This document shows positions 1 through 10,625 of a stretch of 64,000 bases of DNA, one piece after another. Origin of the DNA: Macrostomum hystrix (lineage: Eukaryota; Animalia; Platyhelminthes); assembly GCA_950097015.1 (NCBI GenBank), contig CATNEN010000032.1, forward strand, positions 2,480,001 to 2,544,000. Reading direction: 5' to 3'. Each line of letters begins with the position of its first letter. The stretch's first letter is position 1. A program made the position numbers and the translations under genes. Below the pieces are notes generated by a model. That model made no database searches, had not been told where the DNA came from, and saw only the letters and a program-made list of their open reading frames with translations.

Positions 1-3
1 ATT

Positions 4-201
4 TTAAAAGCATGCTCCATGAGATAGATATGTTCGGCGTACAATGTTATTTTCCTCAGACTTAAAAACCTTTATGATTTCGGCCCATTTGGCAGTGACA
101 GTTGTGTCGCTTTCAGGAATGCGAATTTTTAGTGCACCATTTTGTTGCATTTCCCAGTTGTTTCTAATTGACTTCAGTTGGTGAACCATGTCGTGAATCA
201 T
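4..201 (-). mobile_element. Degenerate P-element/THAP9-type transposase fragment, running off the left edge
   Basis: Translation HDMVHQLKSIRNNW...AKWAEIIKVF matches the D-x2-H-x2-K-x2-RNN motif of P/THAP9 transposases. An in-frame TGA lies 15 nt upstream (217-219), so it is a remnant. Confidence 0.65.
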
Positions 202-365
202 AAAAAACGTGAATTTTCAAGTATTTTATTGTCAAACTGCACAAATTTCGACTGAACGAAGCATGGCCGGTGAGATATCAGTGCTAAAGGTGAATGGTGG
301 ATCAGCAGGCCGCCATAAACCTGCGGTTTTTAATCATCGGTGTGTCAGACGGCCAACCAACTCAC

Positions 366-503
366 TTTGATAATATTTCGTAGAGATAGACGCCATTTCT
401 CTCTCTCAATTGGATCTTTTAGAAATGTAAAAACTTTAACTGCAGTCTTTTCTGTCAGATAGTTGGACTCGCAACCTGCAGCAACGCAGCACTTTCTGGG
501 CAT
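366..503 (-). mobile_element. THAP zinc-finger N-terminal exon of a P-element-like transposase (degenerate)
   Basis: ATG at 503 gives MPRKCCVAAGCESNY...VFTFLKDPIEREKW (THAP CxxxxC...F(P)KD...W pattern), followed by a GTGAGT donor at 365. It lies 165 bp upstream of the transposase fragment on the same strand. Confidence 0.6.
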
Positions 504-670
504 CAGTGAACTCACGCAAAGCAAAGAAAAGAAAGAAGGAAAGCATGAAAAAAGCGAAAGAAACTGCATGGAAAATTCAATCCCCAGCTTGGCCCGGCCT
601 ATTGGCTATTAATTCTACGTATTTATTATTTAACGGGCCTAAGCCAGTCATTTAACGGCCTAGGCCGATT

Positions 671-980
671 AAACATATAGTCTATGGTCACAGTTGCTGT
701 AAACAGTTTTAGTAGTGCAATCTCGGGAGCCGGGCCAAGCTTTAGGGTTAAGTATAGAATAATACCCCCCTGGTTTTGTTTCTTTGGCCTACGAACGGCT
801 GAGGACGCGTTTCTTGGCCAAGGCGAAGCCGAGGCCCAGAAGCGCAGTCCGAAGCCGTTCCTAGGCCATAGACAACGAGTTTAGGGGGTGTTATAGTATT
901 TAATCCTAAAGCTTGGCCCGGCTCCCGAGATTGCACTACTAAAACTGTTTACAGCAACTGTGACCATAGACTATATGTTT
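671..980. repeat. Foldback/MITE-like inverted repeat
   Basis: 671-746 is the perfect reverse complement of 905-980 (76 bp). The inner arms continue in diverged form to about 770 and 884. Confidence 0.85.
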
Positions 981-1623
981 ATGGTATTATTCTATACTTA
1001 ACACGAACCGATGCGTATACAGCGATTTGTGCATTAGCCACGTCACGCAACTGGTTTGTGTCATAGACATTGACTTTAAGCTGCATTGAGCGCCCAAGTT
1101 TTTTTGCATAGAGGTTGCTATCGGAAACTGGGTTACTGTAAAAACGTGTTTCAGTTCGGTCCATGTTTCAGTTTTAACCAGTTCGGTTAAAACTGGTTGC
1201 TGCAGGTTATAAAGTTATTCGCAAAATTTTTGCTCACGTGTCGAAAAAGCTAAACTCCCACGAGTAAATTCTGGTCAGCAGAAAACTTTGAAAATCGGAC
1301 TCATAAACTTTTCTGCATGAATTAGCCGTTTCCCGTCCCGAGTATTTAGTAGTCCCTGACTGAGCTTTTGTTGGTCGGGGACGAGTGTACACTGAGGGAT
1401 GAGTTGTGGAGTGAGGTTTAACTGGGATTTTGTTGGTCGGGGACAAGTGTACACTGAGGGATGAGTTCTGGAGTGGAGTTGAATGGGCTGTTATTGTTGG
1501 AGGGATGAATTGAGATTGGTGCTGAAATTGGTACTTTTTGCCAAGCTTGTTCAGAAAAGTGAAAAAGAAAATGACACCAACTGCATAACAAAATATGGAG
1601 TATGAGAGGCACACAAAGCTTAC

Positions 1624-4600
1624 CGAATCACTAACGAGAACTCATTGCCAATATGATCACCCAGTCTCAATGGAGTTGGTTTGTAACTACAAAGGTGAGA
1701 AAATGGCAATTAAAAACAAGCTCAAGTAACAGGATTAGGCCTAAACATTTAACCGACAGCAGACAAAGCCCCCTTAATTTTTTTCTTTGAAAAAAGTGAA
1801 GCTAGACGCAGTTTGGACGCTCCAAGCGTGTGAATGTTGAAAGCTGACTGCTACTGGGGTGTGTGGGGGCGGAGAGGGAGCTAGCTGTTGGTTCGCCAGC
1901 AAAGTGGCAGAAGCCATCAATCAACTATCCTAAAGGATAAGATAGGAACTGGTGCAGCAATTCTACAGGACGGTGCATTAGCAGCTGCGAGCAGAGGGAC
2001 ATTCGATCGCCTGCGAGACAGAAAAATCTGTCTAGCTCCGGCCAGAAATCGCCAGAAAAAAATCCCAGCTAGTGATGAAATATTCAACAAAATATTCTGT
2101 CATTCTTTTACTCACCAAAAGTTGCCAACCGAGATGCCGGATATCCGATTGGCCACAGATTTAATGCGGGCTGCTTCAACCCTGAAATTTGTTTATGACA
2201 ACCTCAGATAGCTACTTATTAAGCCCTTTAAATCTATACATAACGCTTAGAAACAGAAAGGCAAAGCAGAGTCTGAACTGTGATATCAGATTTCCTGGAA
2301 AATAACCATCAAGCTTAGAGTGGGATTAGAAGGTACTCTAAAAGCTAAGTCGGCTAAGCGACTTTTTTTTACCCAAAATCTGTAACTTTTTATGAATAAA
2401 GTTCATCATACTACTGCAAGTAGAATCTGTCACATCAATTAGCATGTCATTCTGTTTAGCTTACTTGTGCACCGAGACCCACTGGCTGGTGATGGCGCGT
2501 TTGTCCTTCGTGCCACAATAGGCAAAGTGAGACGGTTTCATTCTGGAAGAATTATTAGGACTAGCACACTTGATCACGTGAGCACTAATTTTGTTAATTA
2601 AAAAAAGCTAGAAATCGTCGTAAACCTCACCGCATGCCCCTGGCAATGTTGTCGATAGCATTCAGGGTGCCTTTGCCGTGCAGGTGCATCACAAAATAAC
2701 AATAGGCGCCTCGGTCTTTGGGCCATTCGCGACGCTCTGAATAAAGAGGCGCAACGGCGAATTAAAAAAGTTCCGAATATTTGATAAAGTAAGGTTTTAG
2801 ATGCAGAGTAGAGGGCAGAGCGGAATGGTAGAAGGGAGAACTAAGAGGTTGTAGGGGAGAGCGGAAAAGTAGGAGAGAGAGTGGAAAGGTAGGAAAGGAG
2901 CGAGGCGGAAAGGTGGGAAGGGAGAGCGGAAAGGAAGGACAGTAGAGCGGAAAGGCAGGACGGGAGAGCGAAAAGGTGGGACCGGAGAGCGGAAAGGTGG
3001 GAGGGGAGAGCGGAAAGGTGGGAAGGCAGAGCGGAAAGGTGGGAGGGGAGAGCGGAAAGGTGGGAGGGGAGAGCGGAAAGGTGGGACGGGAGAGCGAAAA
3101 GGTGGGACAGGAGAGCGGAAAGGTGGGACAGGGAGAGCGGAAAGCTGGGAAGGGAGAGCGGAAAGGTGGGAAGGGAGAGCGAAAAGGTAGGACGGGAGAG
3201 CGGAAAGGTGGGACGGGAGAGCGGAAAGGTGGGACGGGAGAGCGGAAAGATGGGAAGGGAGAGCGGAAAGGTGGGACGGGAGAGCGGAAAGGTGGGACAG
3301 GAGAGCGAAAAGGTGGGAAGGGAGAGCGGAACTGTAGGAAAGGAGAACAAAGAGGGTAAGGGGGAGAGCGGAAAGGAAGGATGAAGAGCATAAAGGTAGG
3401 AGTGAAGGTGGGACAGAAGAGCGGAGAGGCGAAGGGAGAATAGATGAGTAGCCGTACGAAATCAAGTATGAATTGTCAGCAGCGAGAGAAACAGACAGTT
3501 TCCAACTGTAGACGGTAATCTCAAATGAGAATCTAACTGATTACATTGAGAATGGATAATGAATGTTAGCTAAGTGTAATTATCTAGACAAAGTGCTAGT
3601 TCTAGTGTCCAACCTTGTGGCGCATTCCGCTTCTGTTTGACAATGATAACTTTGACGCCGTCTTTATCGGCCGTGTTGCTACACAGAGACGGATATTGTG
3701 CTTTGATACACTTGTGAAGCTTGGTGCGCCAGTCTTTGTCCTCGCCGCACTAAAATAAATGTTTAATTCGCAAATTAATCATTCAAAATGGTTAAAAATT
3801 CGCTTTGAAGTCATACTAATTCTAAGCCAAAGATTCTCACCTCGATGACAACCTCGTCGTTTAACATTTTGGCACAATTGTCCAAGGACAGTCTGAGCAG
3901 CTGCTGCTTCTGATCAGCTGTGAGAACGTCTTCGATCTAGGGTTTTTTCAAGTCAAGAATACTATTTTATCAGAAATAAAATATTATTATTACAATGTGA
4001 CTTTTTCGCAAAACAAGTTCTGATTTTTCAGCGAATGGAATGAAACAATGATACCCAGGATGTAGGTCAATGTAGGTCAATTAATATTCTATATCATGCA
4101 AGCAAGCAAGGAACTCGCATTAGCTTCCTCCCGCGGGACCTCCTGTGTGGTCAGCCGAGCTGGACAGCCCGCGTTGTCGACCTCGTGCACGTGAAAGTCC
4201 TCCCAGCTGCGGGACGATTGAGGATTATTCAAGATTACGCAAATGCGAGCTAGACCTCATGAAGATGGGAAGAAGATCGCGAAGTACAACAATTAAAACA
4301 AGCCAGTCTTACTTGGCCTTTAACGCGCCGGCAAAGCCCAGATGCGAGCCCAGGAACAGTTCAATGCCAACGTCCGGCTCGGCGAATGGACGATGCGTTA
4401 GACGATCGTCGTCTGAGTCTGAGTCCGCGTCGATCACCGTGATCGTATCCACATCCGCTTCCACATTCTTGGCTACATCCGCTTCCGCATTCTTGGCTAC
4501 ATCCGCTTCCGCATTCTTGGCTACATCCGCTTCCACATTCTTGGCTACATCCGCTTCCACATTCTTGGCTACATCCGCTTCCGCATTCTTGGCTACATCC

Positions 4601-5079
4601 GCTTCCGCATTCTTGGCTACATCCGCTTTCACATTCTTGGCTACATCCGCTTCCGCATTCTTGGCTACATCCGCTTCCACATTCTTGGCTACATCCGCTT
4701 CCGCATTCTTGGCTACATCCGCTTCCACATTCTTGGCTACATCCGCTTCCACATTCTTGGCTACATCCGCTTCCACATTCTTGGCTACATCCGCTTCCAC
4801 ATTCTTGGCTACATCCGCTTCCACATTCTTGGCTACATCCGCTTCCGCATTCTTGGCTACATCCGCTTCCGCATTCTTGGCTACATCCGCTTCCACATTC
4901 TTGGCTACACCCGCTTCCACATTCTTGGCTACATCCGCTTCCACATTCTTGGCTACATCCGCTTCCACATTCTTGGCTACATCCGCTTCCACATTCTTGG
5001 CTACATCCGCTTCCACATTCTTGGCTACATCCGCTTCCGCATCCAAACGGGACTTTTTAATAACGGGCTCTTCAGTGTC
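1624..5079 (-). CDS. PUS7: Pseudouridine synthase 7 (TruD family), 5' portion, 8 exons
   Basis: Exons (minus): 5079-4313, 4206-4119, 3936-3841, 3749-3614, 2736-2631, 2542-2465, 2181-2116, 1686-1624, with all phases compatible. Motifs: EPDVGIELFLGSHLGFAGALKANWEDFHVHEVD, WPKDRGAYCYFV, catalytic FAYCGTKDKRAITSQ, LRLGDHIGNEFSLVIR. The next expected exon (GFxNYxGxQRFG) was not found in 1-1623. Confidence 0.93.
2850..3420. repeat. 21-bp purine-rich minisatellite (GGGAGAGCGGAAAGGTGGGAC-type) inside a PUS7 intron
   Basis: Direct tandem repetition within the intron 2737-3613. Confidence 0.95.
4447..5040 (-). repeat. Coding 24-bp tandem repeat, about 24.5 copies, encoding (EADVAKN[V/A])n in PUS7 exon 1
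   Basis: Open frame continuous from DTEEPVIKKSRL through the array into the conserved EPDVGI motif. No good splice sites flank the array. Confidence 0.85.
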
Positions 5080-5440
5080 CTGAAAAGAAAAGGCAGCAAT
5101 ACGATTGGAAAAAATGTTATTAGCTTTGCTTCGTAAGCCTATTATAAATGTCTTGTAGACCTTGCACTTTCAGATTACTATTATACGAAGATATACACAA
5201 AATTTTGATAAAGATATCACTATGTTCTTAATCAATTAACATATTAAAAAGTAAAAATAAGTTCTAAGAAACGATTATAGTTGTTGTAGTCGCACATGCT
5301 TTATTTCTGAAAATAGTTTCACATTAGCAAACAGAGAAAAAATTATCTACAAGGATAATGATGCAACACAAAAGAGTTTTTTGCTTTTTAGTGCTTCATG
5401 GAAAAGACAATGCGTCAAGATACATAGTAGCAGAGCAAGT

Positions 5441-8400
5441 TCATGGCTCAGATTTTCTCAACTCCGAGCGCAGCAGCTTGCCCCACATAGCATTATAAGG
5501 ATGAGCAAACAGGGTCGGCTGGCCCGAGCTGTCAATCATTGGGCGCGACTCGTTAGCCCACTTGAAGATTGAGCCTTCCAGGTTGGCCACTGGCGGGCCT
5601 TGCTCGGTCAGGGCCGCTGACAGTTGCTGGGCGAGTGAAGAGGAGCGATAGCCCACGCTACAGTAGCACACCACCCGACTGGGCGCTGTGGGATTGGTCA
5701 GTTGGCGCGACTCTCACTTAGAGGACACGATTCTCACTTAGGGGACACGATTCTCACTTAGGGGACACGATTCTCACTTAGGGGACACGATTCTCACTTA
5801 GGGGACACGATTCTCACTTAGGGGACACGATTCTCACTTAGGGGACACGATTCTCACTTAGTGAGAAGTCTCCTAATCGTCTGATCGTCTCCCCTAGGTG
5901 AGAGTCGTCTCCCCCTAAGTGAGAATTGTCTCCGCTAGGTGAGAGTCGTCTCCCACCTAAGGGAGACGATCAGACGATTAGGAGACTTCTCACTAAGTGG
6001 AGACAGTTCTCGGTAAGGGGAGACGATTCTCACTAAGGGAAGACGATTCTCACTAAGGGAAGACGATTCTCATTAATAAGAGGCTATTCTCATTAATAAG
6101 AGACGATTCTCACTAATAAGAGACGATTCTCATTAATAAGAGACGATTCTCACTAATAAGAGACGATTCTCACTAATAAGAGACGATTCTCATTAATAAG
6201 AGACGATTCTCACTAATAAGAGACGATTTTCACTAATGAGAGACGATTCTCACTAATAAGAGACGATTCTCATTAATAAGAGACGATTCTCACTAATAAG
6301 AGACGATTTTCACTAATGAGAGACGATTCTCACTAATAAGAGACGATTTTCACTAATGAGAGACGATTCTCACTAAGGGGAGAAGATTCTCACTAATAAG
6401 AGACGATTCTCACTAATGAGAGACGATTCTCACTAAGGGGAGACGATTCTCATTAATAAGAGACGATTCTCATTAATAAGAGACGATTCTCATTAATAAG
6501 AGACGATTCTCACTAATAAGAGACGATTCTCATTAATAAGAGACGATTCTCATTAATAAGAGACGATTCTCATTAATAAGAGACGATTCTCACTAATAAG
6601 AGACGATTCTCATTAATAAGAGACGATTCTCATTAATAAGAGACGATTCTCATTAATAAGAGACGATTCTCATTAATAAGAGACGATTCTCATTAATAAG
6701 AGACGATTCTCATTAATAAGAGACGATTCTCATTAATAAGAGACGATTCTCATTAATAAGAGACGATTCTCATTAATAAGAGACGATTCTCATTAATAAG
6801 AGACGATTCTCATTAATAAGAGACGATTCTCATTAATAAGAGACGATTCTCACTAATAAGAGACGATTCTCACTAATAAGAGACGATTCTCACTAAGGGA
6901 AGACGATTCTCACAAATAAGAGACGATTCTCACAAATAAGAGACGACTCTCACTAATAAGAGACGACTCTCACTAATAAGAGACGATTCTCACAAATAAG
7001 AGACGACTCTCACAAATAAGAGACGACTCTCACTAATAAGAGACGACTCTCACAAATAAGAGACGACTCTCACAAATAAGAGACGACTCTCACTAATAAG
7101 AGACGATTCTCACAAATAAGAGACGATTCTCACAAATAAGAGACGATTCTCACAAATAAGAGACGACTCTCACTAATAAGAGACGATTCTCACTAATAAG
7201 AGACGATTCTCACAAATAAGAGACGATTCTCACTAATAAGAGACGATTCTCACTAATAAGAGACGATTCTCACTAAGGGAAGACGATTCTCACAAATAAG
7301 AGACGATTCTCACAAATAAGAGACGACTCTCACAAATAAGAGACGACTCTCACTAATAAGAGACGATTCTCACTAATAAGAGACGATTCTCACTAATAAG
7401 AGACGATTCTCACTAATAAGAGACGATTCTCACTAATAAGAGACGATTCTCACAAATAAGAGACGATTCTCACTAATAAGAGACGATTCTCACAAATAAG
7501 AGACGACTCTCACTAATAAGAGACGATTCTCACTAATAAGAGACGATTCTCACAAATAAGAGACGACTCTCACTAATAAGAGACGATTCTCACTAATAAG
7601 AGACGATTCTCACAAATAAGAGACGACTCTCACTAATAAGAGACGATTCTCACTAATAAGAGACGATTCTCACTAATAAGAGACGATTCTCACTAATAAG
7701 AGACGATTCTCACAAATAAGAGACGACTCTCACTAATAAGAGACGATTCTCACAAATAAGAGACGATTCTCACTAATAAGAGACGATTCTCACTAATAAG
7801 AGACGATTCTCACTAATAAGAGACGATTCTCACTAATAAGAGACGATTCTCACTAATAAGAGACGATTCTCACAAATAAGAGACGACTCTCACAAATAAG
7901 AGACGACTCTCACAAATAAGAGACGACTCTCACAAATAAGAGACGACTCTCACAAATAAGAGACGACTCTCACAAATAAGAGACGACTCTCACTAATAAG
8001 AGACGATTCTCACTAATAAGAGACGATTCTCACAAATAAGAGACGACTCTCACAAATAAGAGACGACTCTCACAAATAAGAGACGATTCTCACAAATAAG
8101 AGACGACTCTCACAAATAAGAGACGACTCTCACAAATAAGAGACGATTCTCACTAATAAGAGACGATTCTCACAAATAAGAGACGATTCTCACTAATAAG
8201 AGACGATTCTCACAAATAAGAGACGACTCTCACAAATAAGAGACGACTCTCACAAATAAGAGACGACTCTCACTAATAAGAGACGATTCTCACTAATAAG
8301 AGACGATTCTCACTAATAAGAGACGATTCTCACAAATAAGAGACGACTCTCACTAATAAGAGACGATTCTCACAAATAAGAGACGATTCTCACTAATAAG

Positions 8401-9261
8401 AGACGATTCTCATTAATAAGAGACGATTCTCACTAATAAGAGACGATTCTCACTAATAAGAGACGATTCTCACTAATAAGAGACGATTCTCACAAATAAG
8501 AGACGACTCTCACAAATAAGAGACGACTCTCACAAATAAGAGACGACTCTCACAAATAAGAGACGACTCTCACAAATAAGAGACGACTCTCACAAATAAG
8601 AGACGACTCTCACTAATAAGAGACGATTCTCACTAATAAGAGACGATTCTCACAAATAAGAGACGACTCTCACAAATAAGAGACGACTCTCACAAATAAG
8701 AGACGATTCTCACAAATAAGAGACGACTCTCACAAATAAGAGACGACTCTCACAAATAAGAGACGATTCTCACTAATAAGAGACGATTCTCACAAATAAG
8801 AGACGATTCTCACTAATAAGAGACGATTCTCACAAATAAGAGACGACTCTCACAAATAAGAGACGACTCTCACAAATAAGAGACGACTCTCACAAATAAG
8901 AGACGACTCTCACAAATAAGAGACGACACTAATTTAGACAATTCTCTCAGGGCCACCTGCACTCACCAGTCTCACGCACCAGCTGCAAAGCCGCCCCTGG
9001 ATCTTTGTAATCAACGTTGATAGCATTCGGCAGGTGGCTCACCGCAAACTCTTCAGGCGCTCTGCTGTCCTGCAAGGTTACACACAATGCCAGCTTGCAG
9101 ACTACTAAAAACAAGATCCCAAATATAAGAGTATAACCAAAGCTACTCACCAAAGTCTTGTCACTCTCACCATTGGAGCTGTTAGCCAAACTGTTGGCCA
9201 AGTCATCCGTAGTCAGTTGGGTGACGCCGGCAAATTTGGCCCTAATACCGAATAGCACCGT
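5441..9261 (-). CDS. Single-domain rhodanese/sulfurtransferase-like protein, 3 exons
   Basis: Exons 9261-9151, 9069-8967, 5685-5441 (TGA). Motifs: IRAKFAGVTQLTTDDLA, DSRAPEEFAVSHLPNA, active-site loop VVCYCSVGYRS, NLEGSIFKWANE, HPYNAMWGKLL. Confidence 0.88.
5720..8930. repeat. 20-bp satellite (AGACGATTCTCACTAATAAG and variants) filling rhodanese intron 2
   Basis: About 160 monomers, exact 20-bp register over most of the array, with variant domains. Confidence 0.98.
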
Positions 9262-9607
9262 CTGAAACTGTGCGTTGGCATGGAAACGGGATGTTGATGT
9301 ACAGTGGTTGTTTACATCTGCCCCGAATTTGTTAAAACTAGCTTTTTTAAAAAAGAAAACAATTTAAGTAGCACAGGCCAAGCAATAGTTTATTTTTAAC
9401 AGCAATACAAAATTTAGAACACATTGTACATACCTAAGCAGAATACTCTACGGAAATGCTTCAGGTAAAATTGTTGATATTACACAAACAGAATAACGCT
9501 ATCCTTATTAGAGACAGCAATATGAACAAAAGTATTAGTACGAGAATTGTTATAACAAATAATGCATTGAAAGCCCAATTTTTTTCTCTAATCTTATGTA
9601 ATCTCAT

Positions 9608-10500
9608 CTAATCTCACCCACTCTCTCCTCAATGTCACAAACGCTCTCCACAATGTCACCCACTCTCTCCTCAATCTCACCTACTCTCTCCTCAATCTCA
9701 CCCACTCTCTCCTCAATGTCACAAACGCTCTCCACAATGTCACCCACTCTCTCCTCAATCTCACCTACTCTCTCCTCAATCTCACCCACTCTCTCCTCAA
9801 TCTCACCTACTATCTCCTCAATCTCACCCACTCTCTCCTCAATCTCACCCACTCTCTCCTCCATCTCACCCACTCTCTCCTCAATCTCACCTACTCTCTC
9901 CTCAATCTCACCCACTCTCTCCTCAATCTCACCTACTCTCTCCTCAATGTCACAAACGCTCTCCTCAATCTCACCCACTCTCTCCTCAATCTCACCTACT
10001 CTCTCCACAATCTCACCCACTCTCTCCTCAATCTCACCTACTCTCTCCTCAATCTCACCTACTATCTCCTCAATCTCACCTACTATCTCCTCAATCTCAC
10101 CTACTCTCTCCTCAATCTCACCTACTCTCTCCTCAATCTCACCTACTCTCTCCTCAATCTCACCTACTCTCTCCTCAATCTCACCTACTCTCTCCTCAAT
10201 GTCACAAACGCTCTCCTCAATCTCACCCACTCTCTCCTCAATCTCACCTACTCTCTCCTCAATCTCACCCACTCTCTCCTCAATCTCACCCACTCTCTCC
10301 TCAATCTCACCCTACTCTCTCCTCAATCTCACCCACTCTCTCCTCAATCTCACCTACTCTCTCCTCAATCTCACCCACTCTCTCCTCAATCTCACCCACT
10401 CTCTCCTCAATCTCACCCACTCTCTCCTCAATCTCACCTACTCTCTCCTCAATCTCACCTACTCTCTCCTCAATGTCACAAACGCTCTCCACAATCTCAC
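9608..10500. repeat. 21-bp minisatellite (CTCAATCTCACCCACTCTCTC) between LARP7 and the rhodanese gene
   Basis: Direct tandem repetition with 7-aa periodic translations. Confidence 0.96.
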
Positions 10501-10625
10501 CTACTCATTTGAACAATCAGCTTCGCTCTTTCTATCAATCTCTCACACACTCTCTAGTCTTACTGTTAGGTAAATAGATTAAAGGATAGAGAGAGGGAGG
10601 TAATATTTCCTAGTTTGGAGCCAAA

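Noticed and set aside
2762-3465. Collagen-like GERKGG or Pro-rich ORFs
   Set aside because: The region is inside a PUS7 intron defined by phase-compatible flanking exons; it is a 21-bp minisatellite.
4145-5083. 312-aa plus-strand ORF (FLATSAS)n
   Set aside because: Antisense shadow of the PUS7 coding repeat.
9604-10573. Coiled-coil-like (VGEIEER)n and mucin-like (SPTLSSI)n ORFs
   Set aside because: 21-bp array lying between the LARP7 stop and the rhodanese acceptor; no splice or start context. Use as a rhodanese N-terminal extension is not supported.
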